From positions 1-55,182 of the forward strand of contig JAZRQG010000134.1 of the NCBI GenBank assembly GCA_045649625.1: 55,182 bases of DNA, given 5' to 3'. The stretch's first letter is position 1, and the number at the start of each line of letters is the position of its first letter. Both the position numbers and the translations under genes were made by a program. Below, piece by piece: positions 1-10,298 of the stretch. The DNA comes from Acutalibacteraceae bacterium. Lineage in GTDB: Bacteria; Bacillota; Clostridia; Oscillospirales; Acutalibacteraceae. Below the pieces are notes generated by a model. That model was not told the origin of the DNA. It made no database searches and worked only from the letters and a program-made list of their open reading frames with translations.

Positions 1-553
1 GGCGCTCATACGGATTCATCGGCTCAAGCGAGGTCTTGCGACCGGTCTTTGCCGCTTGGATCGCCGCCTTGCGCGCCAGCCCCGACAAGGTCTTTTCACG
101 TTTTTCGCGGTAGTTGCCGACATTCACGGTCACGCGGTAAAAGGCGTTTTCCACACGGTTGGCAACCAAACTCGTCAAATACTGCAGCGCATCCAGCGTT
201 TCGCCGCGACGGCCGATGATAAAGCCGAGATCTTCACCCTCTAAGGTCAGGGCGCAGGTTCCATCTTCCTCTTTTACGGTAATGTCTACGTCTTCAACAC
301 CCATTTTAGAAAGAATGTCTTTCAAAAACGCGACAGCCGCTTTGGACGGATCGGTTTCTTTAACGGTCACTCTGACCTGTGCTTTGGCGCCGCCGAATAA
401 ACCAAACGCTTTTTTCTGCGGCTCTTGCAGGACCTCTACCGTGAGATCCTCTTGCGGAACTCCGAGTTCCTCGGCGGCAAGCTGTACGGCTTCTTCTACC
501 GTCTCCGCCTCTTTGAGCAGTTCTTTTTGCACGGTGCTTTTTCCTCTCTTCAT
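1..553 (-). CDS. khpB: RNA-binding protein Jag/KhpB (Jag_N-KH-R3H). The C-terminal end runs off the window edge.
   Basis: Absent from the ORF track because it is truncated. Reverse complement from ATG (553-551) reads MKRGKSTVQKELLKEAETVEEAVQLAAEELGVPQEDLTVEVLQEPQKKAFGLFGGAKAQVRVTVKE...GEDLGFIIGRRGETLDALQYLTSLVANRVENAFYRVTVNVGNYREKREKTL. It lies directly downstream of yidC, as is usual. Confidence 0.85.
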   Translation of the reverse strand, partial: MKRGKSTVQKELLKEAETVEEAVQLAAEELGVPQEDLTVEVLQEPQKKAFGLFGGAKAQVRVTVKETDPSKAAVAFLKDILSKMGVEDVDITVKEEDGTCALTLEGEDLGFIIGRRGETLDALQYLTSLVANRVENAFYRVTVNVGNYREKREKTLSGLARKAAIQAAKTGRKTSLEPMNPYER

Positions 554-566
554 CTATTCCGAACGA

Positions 567-1766
567 TTACTCGTCTTTCGGTTCTGATTGATCCGCCGAC
601 ACTTCCTCGGCGGCGGGCTCTTCTGTTTTAGCAGGAGCCTCCTTTTTTGTCTTTTGAGCAGGTTTTTGCTGTTCTTGCTGCTGTTTTGCCAATTCGCGCT
701 GCTCCTTGGCGCGCGCTTCGGCAAGACGCTTTTTATCCTCCTGCTTCTGGCGGCGGCGCTCCTCGTACTCAATCTCCGCCTGCGCACGGATCTTGGCAGG
801 GTTGTAAATCTGATTGAGCACGTAGGTCTGCAACAACGCGATCAGGTTGGAACAAATCCAGTAAATGCCGACACCGCCGGGCACCGTAAAGGTGATAAAC
901 AGCGAGAAAGCAGGCATCCACACCATCATCATCACGTTGGAGCAACCCTGCGCCTGCTGATTTTCCGCCGCGGTGATCTGCTTAGTATAGTGTAAGGACA
1001 ACATACTGGATAAAAGCGCGGTGAGACCGGAAATCAGCGGAATCAACCACAAAATGCTGATACCCGCAAACCCGCCGCTCCACGGATTCTGGAGCAGGTT
1101 TTTGCCAAAGAACATAAAGTCTTTCTTGAACTCTTTCATTTCGGCAATATACAGTTCGGCATCATAGTTTGCTTTTTCCAATGCCTCAGACACCAGCGGT
1201 TCATACTTATCGAGATTGTTAAGCATGTTCATCTCTTTATAATAACCGTTAAATTGGGATCTCTTCAAAAGAGAATTCTTTTTCGCCGCCTCATATGCAG
1301 CGGTTTGCTCTTCCGTTACCTCGCCGTTTTTCAAATCTTTTTCATATTTATCATAATCAAAGCTCATCGCATTGATCGTGGTGCTAATAACGGGATCGGG
1401 AATGTTTTTAATATGCTTGAGCGGAGAATAGATAACCGAAATAATACCAAACAGGACCAGCATCTGCACCAGCATCGGCAGACAGCCGCCGGTCATACTC
1501 ACGCCGTGCTTTTCGTACAGCGCCATCTGCTTTTCCTGCATCTTTTTCGGGTCTTTTTCGTATTTCTTTTTCAAGCGTTCCAAGCGGGGAGCCAAACGCG
1601 CACGGTCCGCCTGACTTTTTTGTGTTTTGAGAGACAGCGGAAACAGAATTACACGCACGATCAGCGTAAATAAGAAGATCGCGAGCATATATTCCGGCAC
1701 TAATTTGTAGATAAAGCTCATTAACCAACCAAGCGGGATGGCCAAAATATCAAAAATAGCAATCAC
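567..1766 (-). CDS. yidC: Membrane protein insertase YidC (Firmicutes short type)
   Basis: The ORF 567..1871 has YidC/Oxa1 TM-core motifs (GCLPMLVQM, multiple TM helices, basic C-tail). A GTG at 1766 is preceded by AAGGAG (1775-1780 on the complement) at 8 nt. The longer ORF would overlap yidD. Confidence 0.9.
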   Translation of the reverse strand: MIAIFDILAIPLGWLMSFIYKLVPEYMLAIFLFTLIVRVILFPLSLKTQKSQADRARLAPRLERLKKKYEKDPKKMQEKQMALYEKHGVSMTGGCLPMLVQMLVLFGIISVIYSPLKHIKNIPDPVISTTINAMSFDYDKYEKDLKNGEVTEEQTAAYEAAKKNSLLKRSQFNGYYKEMNMLNNLDKYEPLVSEALEKANYDAELYIAEMKEFKKDFMFFGKNLLQNPWSGGFAGISILWLIPLISGLTALLSSMLSLHYTKQITAAENQQAQGCSNVMMMVWMPAFSLFITFTVPGGVGIYWICSNLIALLQTYVLNQIYNPAKIRAQAEIEYEERRRQKQEDKKRLAEARAKEQRELAKQQQEQQKPAQKTKKEAPAKTEEPAAEEVSADQSEPKDE

Positions 1767-1779
1767 GATAACGTCTCCT

Positions 1780-2016
1780 TTATCGTTTTTTGAAAAATTC
1801 AAAGGTTTCCGGAACCGGGTCGTATCCATGGCCGCCACCCGGTCGACAGCGAACAATTCGCCGTGCGGCAAGACAGACGCCCTTTACGGCGCCAAATCGC
1901 TCAATTGCCTCAATGGCATATGCGGAACAAGTCGGCTGAAATCGACAAACCGACGGAAACAGCGGAGAAATCAGCTTTTGATAACCGCGAATGAGGATCT
2001 TCAAAATCCATTTCAT
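1780..2016 (-). CDS. yidD: Membrane protein insertion efficiency factor YidD
   Basis: 78 aa with [31 protein letters not shown], the YidD signature. It has a 4-nt overlap with rnpA. Confidence 0.9.
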   Translation of the reverse strand: MKWILKILIRGYQKLISPLFPSVCRFQPTCSAYAIEAIERFGAVKGVCLAARRIVRCRPGGGHGYDPVPETFEFFKKR

Positions 2017-2348
2017 ACGATCACTCCCGCTTTTTTTAAGAGATCCCGCATGGCTTTTTCAACTTTCGGTTCACTGCTTTCCACGGTTGCCGCGCGAGCG
2101 ACAAATACGATATCAAACCCTCCGGTAATTTTCGGTACGATCTGACGGTATGCCTCTCGAATCAAGCGGCGGCAACGATTGCGCTTGACCGCTTTCCCGA
2201 GTTTCTTTCCGGTGGTGATGCCAAACCGCGGGAATCCAAACCGATTCTTTCGGACGTATGCAATCAAGAGAGGATGCACAAACGATTTTCCTCGATAATA
2301 CGCGCCCCGAAATTCGGTGTTCAGTTTCAACACGCACAGTTTTGACAT
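2013..2348 (-). CDS. rnpA: Ribonuclease P protein component
   Basis: 111 aa, basic, with [26 protein letters not shown] (the RnpA RNR motif). It sits in the conserved position between rpmH and yidD. Confidence 0.9.
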   Translation of the reverse strand: MSKLCVLKLNTEFRGAYYRGKSFVHPLLIAYVRKNRFGFPRFGITTGKKLGKAVKRNRCRRLIREAYRQIVPKITGGFDIVFVARAATVESSEPKVEKAMRDLLKKAGVIV

Positions 2349-2399
2349 ACGATATCACCCCCGTACCATATAAAAAAAAGCCACACAATGTGGCTCTTT

Positions 2400-2534
2400 T
2401 TAATAGGTAAGATGATTTCTTCCCTTAGCTCTGCGGCGAGCCAGAACCTTACGGCCGTTGGCAGTTGCCATTCTCTTACGGAAGCCGTGTTCCATTTTAC
2501 GATGTCTTTTCTTAGGCTGATATGTCCGAAGCAT
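2400..2534 (-). CDS. rpmH: 50S ribosomal protein L34
   Basis: Absent from the ORF track (44 aa). The reverse complement reads [44 protein letters not shown] and ends in TAA. Confidence 0.92.
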   Translation of the reverse strand: MLRTYQPKKRHRKMEHGFRKRMATANGRKVLARRRAKGRNHLTY

Positions 2535-2760
2535 GGTATTTCCCCCTTTCGCCTTGCGAGAGTTTATTATATAACAGATATTTGATAAAAGTCAACAGTT
2601 TTTCCTGCTTTTTTCCATACAAGCTGTTTTTTACGGGTTTCAACAACTTTTTTACACGCCGTTTTTACCGCTTTAAACCCCTTTTTTGGCGTTTATTTTT
2701 TTGAAAGCCACCCGAAGGTTCGGTAGTATATAAAAAGTTAAAAAATATTTATTTAAAGCA

Positions 2761-2789
2761 TTGTAAAGCTTAAAAAAATATGATACAAT
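2761..2789 (+). promoter_or_regulatory. Candidate sigma-A promoter of dnaA
   Basis: TTGTAA (2761-2766), a 17-nt spacer ending in TGA (extended -10), then TACAAT (2784-2789). It lies inside the AT-rich rpmH-dnaA spacer. Confidence 0.45.
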
Positions 2790-2877
2790 TAGTTGTGTAT
2801 TTATACCTTTATATATATTATATATATTAACTAAGATTTTTTCGTCCGTTTGTATCGTAAAAGGAGTTTTGAAAAGA

Positions 2878-4221
2878 ATGGAATCTATCAAAGAAGCCTG
2901 GTCTGAAATACTGGCCTATTTGCAGAATCAATCGGATATCAGCCAGGTTGCCTACAATACCTGGATTGGTTGCATTGAGCCGTGTTCCATTGAAGAAAAT
3001 GCGGTCGTGGTGTTGGTGCGTACTAATTTTCAGCGCGGCATCATAGAGGGACAATATGCAGACAGAATCAAAACCGCCGTGCGGGAGGTATTGGGCATCC
3101 CGTTTGATTTAAAGATTTTATCCGAAGAGGATGAAAAAGAAAAAACAAATACTAAACCGGATACGGATTTTCCGCAAGCTGAAAATTTTGTAGATCAAAA
3201 CCCCGTCACATCGGACTATTCGTTTAATAATTTTGTGGTTGGTCCTTCGAATAAACTCGCACACGCTGCATCGCAAGCAGTTGCCAATAAGCCTGCCAGA
3301 GATTTTAACCCGCTGTTTATTTATAGTGATTCGGGGCTTGGTAAAACTCACCTAATGTTTGCGATTTGCAACGAACTCAGAAAACGCGATCCCTCATTGC
3401 GGGTGCTTTTTACAAAAGCCGAATTTATGACCACCGAGCTGATTGAAGCGATCCGCAACGGATCAACAGCGGAATTCCGCGCAAAGTATCGTCACGTAGA
3501 TGTTTTGTTAATTGATGATATTCAGTTTATTTCCGGCAAACAAAGTACACAGGAAGAATTTTTTCATACTTTTGATGAGCTTCATCAGGCAGGCAAGCAA
3601 ATTGTGTTAACCTCGGATAGACCCCCGCGTGAAATTGCCACGTTGGAGGAACGACTGCGCACCCGTTTTGAAATGGGTCTTATGGCAGATATTCAGCCAC
3701 CGGATTTTGAAACGCGTATTGCTATTATCAAGGGAAAAGCGCAGCTGCTGAATATGAACATCAGCGATGATATCGTTAATTACTTAGCTACTCATTTAAA
3801 GAAAAACGTTCGTCAGTTGGAAGGTGCCGTGCGCCGTATTCACGCACAATGTATGCTTGAAGGCGATAGTCCCACCCTTTTAACCGCGCAAGCCGCAATT
3901 CGTGATATTAAAAGTGATAATCAACCGGTGCCGATCACCGTGGAACGAATTATCACAGAGGTCGCACGTACCATGTCGGTAACGGCGGATGATATTCGTT
4001 CCAACAAACACTCCGCCACCATTTCCGCGGCACGTCAAGTTGCGATTTATGTAGTCCGCAATGTGACGAGCTTACCAATGAAAGCGATCGGTGAAGAATT
4101 TGGCGGACGCGATCATTCTACTGTGGTATATGCTTTACAAAAGGTTGAAAAGCGCATGGAAACTGATACCACCTTTAACGGCATGGTTAAAGATATTATC
4201 AAAAATATTTCGGAAAATTAA
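2878..4221 (+). CDS. dnaA: Chromosomal replication initiator DnaA
   Basis: Walker A GLGKTHL, the box VII/sensor region and a C-terminal DNA-binding domain (DHSTVVYA). The ATG at 2878 lies 11 nt after AAGGAG (2861-2866). The track start at 2869 is a TTG only 2 nt from the RBS. Confidence 0.95.
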   Translation: MESIKEAWSEILAYLQNQSDISQVAYNTWIGCIEPCSIEENAVVVLVRTNFQRGIIEGQYADRIKTAVREVLGIPFDLKILSEEDEKEKTNTKPDTDFPQAENFVDQNPVTSDYSFNNFVVGPSNKLAHAASQAVANKPARDFNPLFIYSDSGLGKTHLMFAICNELRKRDPSLRVLFTKAEFMTTELIEAIRNGSTAEFRAKYRHVDVLLIDDIQFISGKQSTQEEFFHTFDELHQAGKQIVLTSDRPPREIATLEERLRTRFEMGLMADIQPPDFETRIAIIKGKAQLLNMNISDDIVNYLATHLKKNVRQLEGAVRRIHAQCMLEGDSPTLLTAQAAIRDIKSDNQPVPITVERIITEVARTMSVTADDIRSNKHSATISAARQVAIYVVRNVTSLPMKAIGEEFGGRDHSTVVYALQKVEKRMETDTTFNGMVKDIIKNISEN

Positions 4222-4475
4222 GTGGACTTTTTGTGGAAGCCTGTGTAAAACTTTTCGCGTTTTTTAAACATTCCACACACAGAGTTTCAACACACTGTTA
4301 AAGGTTCAAAATCATTCACATTTCTCCCCACAGCGTTCCCCCTACTTTACACAAAACAAAACGCATAAAACGGCGGAGAATACGCCCTATTTCAAATCTT
4401 TCAACAATTCCACAGAGACTACTATGTACTACTACAAAAGAAAGATATATTTTTATAAAAGAAAGGAAGATCCTT
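4222..4475. other. Candidate oriC core: co-oriented degenerate DnaA boxes, a CTA/TAC trinucleotide run and an AT-rich unwinding tract
   Basis: Box-like 9-mers with a CCACA/ACACA core lie at 4242-4250 (TGTGTAAAA, opposite orientation), 4269-4277, 4324-4332, 4345-4353 and 4406-4414. CTACTATGTACTACTAC follows at 4419-4435, then an AT-rich tract (about 4436-4470) just before dnaN. Confidence 0.5.
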
Positions 4476-5579
4476 ATGCGAATTACCTGTGCAAGACAAG
4501 CTTTGGTCGATGCTGTAAATAACGTACAAAGAGGTGTTGCATCCAAATCCGCATTACCTGCACTGGAAGGCATTCTGCTAAAGGCATCTGCTACTTCCCT
4601 CTTTTTAGCAGGATACGATATGGAATTAGGCATTACAACAACCATTGAAGCGGATGTTGAAGAAGCCGGTGAATTGGTATTAACTGCAAAACTGTTTTCC
4701 GAGATTATTCGAAAATTACCGGAAGAAGAAATAACAATTGCTTCCAACGACCGCAATAATACCGTTATTCGCAGCGGTAATTCGGAATTTACCATCATTG
4801 GTTTTTCTTCTGCCGATTATCCGGAATTACCCACTATCAACGCCGGTGCAGCACTTACCATGCAACAAAACGTGCTGAAAAGTATGATTCGTCAAACATT
4901 GTTTGCCGTTGCACAAACCGATACCCGCCCGATCCATACCGGTGTGCAGTTTGAAATTGCAGATAACTCGTTGCGATTGGTTGCGGTGGATGGTTCCCGT
5001 TTGGCAATGCGCTGCGAGGAGATTAAGAGCAGCGAAACCTTACAATTTGTTGTACCCGGCAAGACCTTAAGCGAAGTTCTTAAACTTCTCAGTGAAGAAG
5101 AAGAACCGTTGTACGTAACAGTCGGTTCCCGTCATATTATTATGGAAATCGGCGGATATTCGGTGTTTTCTCGTTTGCTGGAAGGAGACTTTTTGCCGTA
5201 CCGCAAAGCGATTCCGGTACAAACTACCACCAAAATTCGCGTAAAGACCCGTGAAATGATCGATGCCGTTGATCGCGCCTCATTGGTGATCAGTGATCGC
5301 GTAAAATCCCCCTTGATCTGCCGTTTCAAAGATGATCAAATTTATCTTTCCTGTGTCACGGCGCTCGGCAGTGTCAATGAGATTTTGTCGGTCAGCATGG
5401 ACGGTCGACCTGAAGAGATGGGTTTTAACTGCCGTTTTCTTTTGGATGCTTTGCGAAACACCGAAAGTGACGAAATTTTGATTGAGCTCAACGGTGCACA
5501 AGCACCGATGAAGATTGTCCCGACCTCCGGTGAAAACTTCTTGTTTTTAGTATTGCCGGTTAAATTAAAACGCGTATGA
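4476..5579 (+). CDS. dnaN: DNA polymerase III beta sliding clamp
   Basis: 367 aa. The N-terminus MRITCARQALVDAVNNVQRGVASKSALPALEGILL and the three-domain length match DnaN, and it follows dnaA. Confidence 0.95.
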   Translation: MRITCARQALVDAVNNVQRGVASKSALPALEGILLKASATSLFLAGYDMELGITTTIEADVEEAGELVLTAKLFSEIIRKLPEEEITIASNDRNNTVIRSGNSEFTIIGFSSADYPELPTINAGAALTMQQNVLKSMIRQTLFAVAQTDTRPIHTGVQFEIADNSLRLVAVDGSRLAMRCEEIKSSETLQFVVPGKTLSEVLKLLSEEEEPLYVTVGSRHIIMEIGGYSVFSRLLEGDFLPYRKAIPVQTTTKIRVKTREMIDAVDRASLVISDRVKSPLICRFKDDQIYLSCVTALGSVNEILSVSMDGRPEEMGFNCRFLLDALRNTESDEILIELNGAQAPMKIVPTSGENFLFLVLPVKLKRV

Positions 5580-5779
5580 TAACAAAGATTCAAACTGAGT
5601 TTATCCGATTGGATGCCTTGTTAAAGCTTACCGGCGTTGCCGATACGGGCGGGCAGGCAAAACACATGATCCAAGACGGCACGGTATCGGTTAATGGTGA
5701 AATTTGTACTCAACGGGGAAAAAAGATCCGTCCGTGTGATACCGTAACGATCGGTGATCAGACAATAACGGTTGAGTGA
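5576..5779 (+). CDS. yaaA: S4-domain RNA-binding protein YaaA
   Basis: 67 aa with IRLDALLKLTGVADTGGQAKHMIQDGTVSVNGE (S4 fold). It overlaps dnaN by ATGA and holds the conserved dnaN-recF position. Confidence 0.8.
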   Translation: MITKIQTEFIRLDALLKLTGVADTGGQAKHMIQDGTVSVNGEICTQRGKKIRPCDTVTIGDQTITVE

Positions 5780-5791
5780 GGCACTAAAGCT

Positions 5792-6913
5792 ATGCAGGTT
5801 TCTCGCTTATCCTTTGAGGGATTTCGTAATTTAAAACCCGGTTATTTTGAACCGCACCCCGGTGTAAATGTCATTGTAGGCGAAAATGCACAGGGAAAAA
5901 CCAATCTTTTGGAAGCGGTTTGGTTGTTTACCGGCACCAAAAGTTTTCGTTCTGCCAAAGATAGTGAACTGGTTGCCTTTAACTGTGAACAAAGCCATCT
6001 TGAAATGAAATTTGAGGCCGGCGGCCGTGAACAGGAAGCGCAAATTACCATTCAAAATCGCCGCACGGCAACACTTAATGGGATCAAACAAGCATCCGCG
6101 GCAAAATTGGCGGGGGTGTTTTGCGGTGTTGTTTTCTCGCCGGTACATTTATCGCTGATAAAAGGCGGTCCTGCTGAACGTCGCCGTCTGATTGATGCCG
6201 CATATTGTCAATTGCGGCCAACATATGTGAAAATCTTATCGGAATATGCGCGGATCCTCGCGCAGCGTAATGCATTGTGTAAAGCACAGGATACCTCAGA
6301 GGCGGCAGCCGAGATGATGGATCTGTGGGATCGCCAGTTGGCGCAAGCCGGATGCCGTATTTTGCATGCCAGACAGCGGTACGTGCAACACATGGCAACC
6401 ACGGCCCGTAAAATCTATCAAGGGTTATCCTCCGGAAAAGAGGACTTCGATTTGCGGTACACTTCCACCGTCAAGATTTTGCCGGAAGAAACCCCGGCAG
6501 AAATGGCGGCAAAGCTGTACGAAGAACTGCGCTTGCATCGCCGTCAGGATTTTGCAGCGGGGTTTACCACCGTCGGCCCGCACCGGGATGATATGGAGGT
6601 TTATATTAACGGTATTTCCGCCCGCAGTTTCGGTTCACAAGGACAGCAGCGCAGTGCTGTGCTTGCCATCAAGCTGGCAGAAGCGGCGCTGTTGGAAGAA
6701 GTCACGGGTGAAAAACCGATCGCCTTACTCGATGACGTGATGAGCGAGCTTGATCACTCCCGTCAGGAATATATTTTAAATCACATCAAGGACTGGCAGG
6801 TATTTATTACCTGCTGTGATCCCGAACCGTTGAAAGCGTTGAAGGATGGACAAAAAATCTACGTAAAAAGCGGCGAACTTTCCACAAAACAGACACTGTC
6901 TGTGGAAAGTTAA
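5792..6913 (+). CDS. recF: DNA replication and repair protein RecF
   Basis: 373 aa with Walker A GENAQGKTN, a signature-like FGSQGQQRS and Walker B LLDDVMSELD. Confidence 0.95.
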   Translation: MQVSRLSFEGFRNLKPGYFEPHPGVNVIVGENAQGKTNLLEAVWLFTGTKSFRSAKDSELVAFNCEQSHLEMKFEAGGREQEAQITIQNRRTATLNGIKQASAAKLAGVFCGVVFSPVHLSLIKGGPAERRRLIDAAYCQLRPTYVKILSEYARILAQRNALCKAQDTSEAAAEMMDLWDRQLAQAGCRILHARQRYVQHMATTARKIYQGLSSGKEDFDLRYTSTVKILPEETPAEMAAKLYEELRLHRRQDFAAGFTTVGPHRDDMEVYINGISARSFGSQGQQRSAVLAIKLAEAALLEEVTGEKPIALLDDVMSELDHSRQEYILNHIKDWQVFITCCDPEPLKALKDGQKIYVKSGELSTKQTLSVES

Positions 6914-6924
6914 GGAGTGTCAAT

Positions 6925-7188
6925 ATGTATTTACATATAGGACAAGAAACGGTCGTGCCGATGCGAGAAATTGTCGGAATTTTCGACATGGAAAATACGA
7001 CGATTTCCAAAAACACGCGCGGTTTTCTGAATGAAGCCCAGCGGAGCGGGCGAGTGGTTACCGTTGGTGACGATCTTCCAAAAAGCTTTGTGGTTTGTCA
7101 AAAAGGGGACGAGTCGCCAACCGTCTATATTTCGCAGATATCCTGCGCAACGCTGTTAAAACGAGCCGAATCTTTCCGGTCAATTTGA
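6925..7188 (+). CDS. remB: DUF370 protein (YaaB/RemB-like)
   Basis: 87 aa. Sequence MYLHIGQETVVPMREIVGIFDME and the position between recF and gyrB are typical of the DUF370 family. Confidence 0.75.
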   Translation: MYLHIGQETVVPMREIVGIFDMENTTISKNTRGFLNEAQRSGRVVTVGDDLPKSFVVCQKGDESPTVYISQISCATLLKRAESFRSI

Positions 7189-7207
7189 GTGAATGAGAGG
7201 TACCGAA

Positions 7208-9172
7208 ATGAGCACCGAAATGGAAATGAATCAGAATTTGGAAAATGAAATGACCCGCGCCGGCGGCGAAGTCTATGACGAAAGTCAAATCCAGGTTTTA
7301 GAGGGCTTGGAGGCTGTTCGCAAGCGTCCCGGTATGTATATCGGATCAACCGGACCGCGCGGCCTGCACCATCTGGTATATGAAATCGTGGATAACTCCA
7401 TCGACGAGGCGTTAGCCGGTTTTTGTACCCACATAGAGGTGGATATTTTACCGGGCAACGTTATCTCGGTGCGCGATAACGGCCGCGGTATTCCCGTTGG
7501 TATCAACGAAAAACTCGGCATCCCGACCGTTACGGTGGTGTTGACCGTGTTGCACGCGGGCGGCAAATTCGGCGGAAGCGGCTATAAAGTATCGGGCGGT
7601 CTGCACGGTGTCGGTTCGTCGGTTGTTAACGCGCTGTCCGAGTGGTTGGAGGTTGAGATCTCCCGTGAAGGCAAGGTGTTTGCTCAGCGCTTTGAGCGCG
7701 GTGTGGCAACCTCCGACTTGACGGTAATCGGCACGTCCGACTGTGACGGTACGCTGATTCGCTTTAAGGCGGATGCTGAAATTTTCAGCGAGACCACCGA
7801 ATATGAGTACGAAGTACTGCAAAAGCGGTTGCGTGAGCAAGCATTTCTTAACGCAGGACTCAAAATCACGCTTACCGACCTGCGTGATGAGAACAACGTC
7901 GTATCGCAGGAATATTGCTACGAGGGAGGTATTTCCTCCTTTGTGGAGTTTATGAATAAAACGCGCGGCTATCAAGCACTGCACGAAAGTGTTGTCCATA
8001 TGTCCCTCACAGATGGGGATTCCATTGCTGAGGTCGCGTTCCAGTATAACGATAGTTACAATGAGAATATCATTTCATTTGCCAATAACATCCATACGGT
8101 GGATGGCGGCACGCACGAAAACTCCTTTAAAAATGGTATCACGCGTATTCTCAACGATTACGCGCGCCGCCACAATATGCTCAAGGAAGCGGATTCCAAC
8201 CTGAAAGGCGACGACGTCCGCGAGGGCTTGACGGCGGTTATCAGTGTTAAGCTGAAGGATGCGCAGTTTGAGGGCCAGACCAAAGCGAAGCTCGGCAATA
8301 CGGCCATGGGCACGCTAATCACACAGCTGCTCAACGAGAAACTCACACCGTATCTGGAAGAAAATCCGTCGGTTGCCAAAGGTATTCTGGAAAAATCCAT
8401 CAATGCTGCGCGGGTGCGTGAGGCGGCCCAAAAAGCCAGAGAGCTCGCCCGTAAAAAGAGTGGTCTTGCTTCTACCCGTATGCCGGACAAGCTGGCGGAT
8501 TGTATCTGGAGCGACGCTGAGCGCACCGAGCTGTATATTGTTGAGGGTGATTCCGCAGGCGGTTCCGCGATCCAAGGTCGCGATCGTAATTTCCAAGCGA
8601 TTTTATCGATGTGGGGCAAGATGCTCAACGTCGAAAAAGCGCGACTGGACAAGGTATACGGTAACGAAAAACTCATTCCCGTTATCGTAGAGCTCGGTTG
8701 CGGTATCGGCGACGATTTTGATCTGTCGAAGCTCCGCTACGGAAAAGTTATCATTATGGCGGATGCGGACGTTGACGGTGCGCACATCCGTACCCTGTTG
8801 CTTACCTTCTTCTTCCGTTATATGCGTCCGCTTATTGAAGAGGGGCACGTCTACATTGCCCAGCCGCCGCTGTTCAAGGTATCCAAGGGTAAGCAGGTAC
8901 GGTATGCGTTTTCCGATGAAGAACGCGATCGTTATATTGAAGAACTCGGCGGCAACACCGACATTCAGCGCTATAAAGGCCTTGGTGAAATGGATCCTGA
9001 ACAGTTATGGGAAACCACAATGGATCCGGCGTTCCGTACAATGCTGAAGGTGGAATTGTCCGATGCGATCGCGGCGGACGAAACCTTTACCATTCTGATG
9101 GGTGACAAGGTTGAACCGCGCCGTGACTTTATTGAAAAGAACGCGAAATACGTGTCCAATCTCGATATCTGA
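7208..9172 (+). CDS. gyrB: DNA gyrase subunit B
   Basis: GHKL ATPase motifs ([23 protein letters not shown]), Toprim ([17 protein letters not shown]) and a C-terminal tail. The ATG at 7208 is 7 nt after GAGAGG. The track start at 7193 lacks an RBS. Confidence 0.95.
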   Translation: MSTEMEMNQNLENEMTRAGGEVYDESQIQVLEGLEAVRKRPGMYIGSTGPRGLHHLVYEIVDNSIDEALAGFCTHIEVDILPGNVISVRDNGRGIPVGINEKLGIPTVTVVLTVLHAGGKFGGSGYKVSGGLHGVGSSVVNALSEWLEVEISREGKVFAQRFERGVATSDLTVIGTSDCDGTLIRFKADAEIFSETTEYEYEVLQKRLREQAFLNAGLKITLTDLRDENNVVSQEYCYEGGISSFVEFMNKTRGYQALHESVVHMSLTDGDSIAEVAFQYNDSYNENIISFANNIHTVDGGTHENSFKNGITRILNDYARRHNMLKEADSNLKGDDVREGLTAVISVKLKDAQFEGQTKAKLGNTAMGTLITQLLNEKLTPYLEENPSVAKGILEKSINAARVREAAQKARELARKKSGLASTRMPDKLADCIWSDAERTELYIVEGDSAGGSAIQGRDRNFQAILSMWGKMLNVEKARLDKVYGNEKLIPVIVELGCGIGDDFDLSKLRYGKVIIMADADVDGAHIRTLLLTFFFRYMRPLIEEGHVYIAQPPLFKVSKGKQVRYAFSDEERDRYIEELGGNTDIQRYKGLGEMDPEQLWETTMDPAFRTMLKVELSDAIAADETFTILMGDKVEPRRDFIEKNAKYVSNLDI

Positions 9173-9183
9173 GGAATGTATCC

Positions 9184-10281
9184 ATGAACGATTTTTTCAC
9201 AGAAGAGGAATATGTTGTCGATTTAAGCCGTGAGGAATATGTCCGCTCGCAGGATATCCTTGCCGGTCGTACTAAGGGAATGGCGAGCGGGGCACGGCTT
9301 ATATCGCTCTTTATGCTGGCGGCATGCGTTATTATGGGAATACTGGATTTTCAGTATTCTAATCGCATCGACTGGTCGCTTTTATCCTTGCTGGTGTTGC
9401 TGGTCGGTTCGGAGCTGTGGATGATGCTGACGATGCCCGCACAGCTCAGACGGCGCAGCTGCGCGGCGTACGATTCGACCATTTACGGCGGATATGTTTT
9501 TTTAGGCACCGTCACGGTCGAACACGATGCGATCCGCAAGCGCACCGCGACAGCAACGACGGTGATCCCGTACGAGCAATGCCGCGTGTACGCGGAAACC
9601 GCCGACATGATGATTTTTTGCGGTATGGATGGAAAATCTATCGTGATTCCTGCACGTTTTTTAAACGAGCGCACCGCCGAAGCCACCAGGCAAGCGGCGC
9701 TTAAAAACGTTCCCATCCCGCGGCAGATGCTGATAAGCAAACTGGTACCGGGTATCGCCGAGGGGGAAACGGTTTCTCTTCCCGATCAAACAACGAGCGG
9801 AGAGGTTTTGCTGACGGTAGAGGTGGAATACACCGATACCGAGATTGTCGGCATCGCAGCAGAGGCCGCAATGGAACGGTTTACAGCGTCGCTTCCGAAC
9901 AAATGCATTCTCATGACGATGCTGGCATCCTTCGGCTATTTTATGTTAGCAATCAAGCCGCTTCCTTTGTTTTTATCCGCTTTGTTGGTTGTGTTTTTAG
10001 TGTCGGTCATCAAGGCGCGGATTCGGATGCGACGTGCCATCACGCGCACCGAACGTGCGGTTTGCCGATTGCGAGTGGAATTTACCGATTCCTATATTTT
10101 GCTGATGGGAAAAGCAGACGGAATGCGCCCGTTACGGTTGCCGTGGTCACACATTACCCGCGCCGTGAATTGCCGTGATACGGTAGAGATCTATACCGGT
10201 AAAGACCGACAGTTGTCGATCCCCAAGCGGTGTATTGCCGATTTTGAAGAATTGAGCGGCATCATAGATAGTCATCTGTAG
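9184..10281 (+). CDS. Membrane protein with two repeats of a [2-TM hairpin + YcxB-like/bacterial PH-like domain] module
   Basis: 365 aa. The hydrophobic pairs LISLFMLAACVIMGIL / LLSLLVLLVGSELWMML and ILMTMLASFGYFML / LFLSALLVVFLVSVI are each followed by a soluble segment of about 90 aa that ends in a 'request/response' type beta-rich stretch. RBS GAGGAA lies 7 nt upstream. Confidence 0.6.
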   Translation: MNDFFTEEEYVVDLSREEYVRSQDILAGRTKGMASGARLISLFMLAACVIMGILDFQYSNRIDWSLLSLLVLLVGSELWMMLTMPAQLRRRSCAAYDSTIYGGYVFLGTVTVEHDAIRKRTATATTVIPYEQCRVYAETADMMIFCGMDGKSIVIPARFLNERTAEATRQAALKNVPIPRQMLISKLVPGIAEGETVSLPDQTTSGEVLLTVEVEYTDTEIVGIAAEAAMERFTASLPNKCILMTMLASFGYFMLAIKPLPLFLSALLVVFLVSVIKARIRMRRAITRTERAVCRLRVEFTDSYILLMGKADGMRPLRLPWSHITRAVNCRDTVEIYTGKDRQLSIPKRCIADFEELSGIIDSHL

Positions 10282-10298
10282 AAAAGGAGGAGCGCCTG

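Noticed and set aside
159-587. Plus-strand ORFs (56-244, 159-587, 425-631) at the left edge.
   Set aside because: They overlap the minus-strand jag/khpB reading frame, which has clear family similarity. The plus-strand translations are Ser/Arg-rich nonsense.
2585-2760. Repeated TTTTTAC(G/A/C) motifs and weak DnaA-box-like 9-mers (TTTTCCATA at 2611-2619, TTTTACACG at 2650-2658) in the rpmH-dnaA spacer.
   Set aside because: Each has at least 2-3 mismatches to TTATCCACA and the T-rich repeats could simply reflect AT-rich promoter DNA. I kept only the better-supported dnaA-dnaN cluster as the origin call and mention this spacer as a possible second half.
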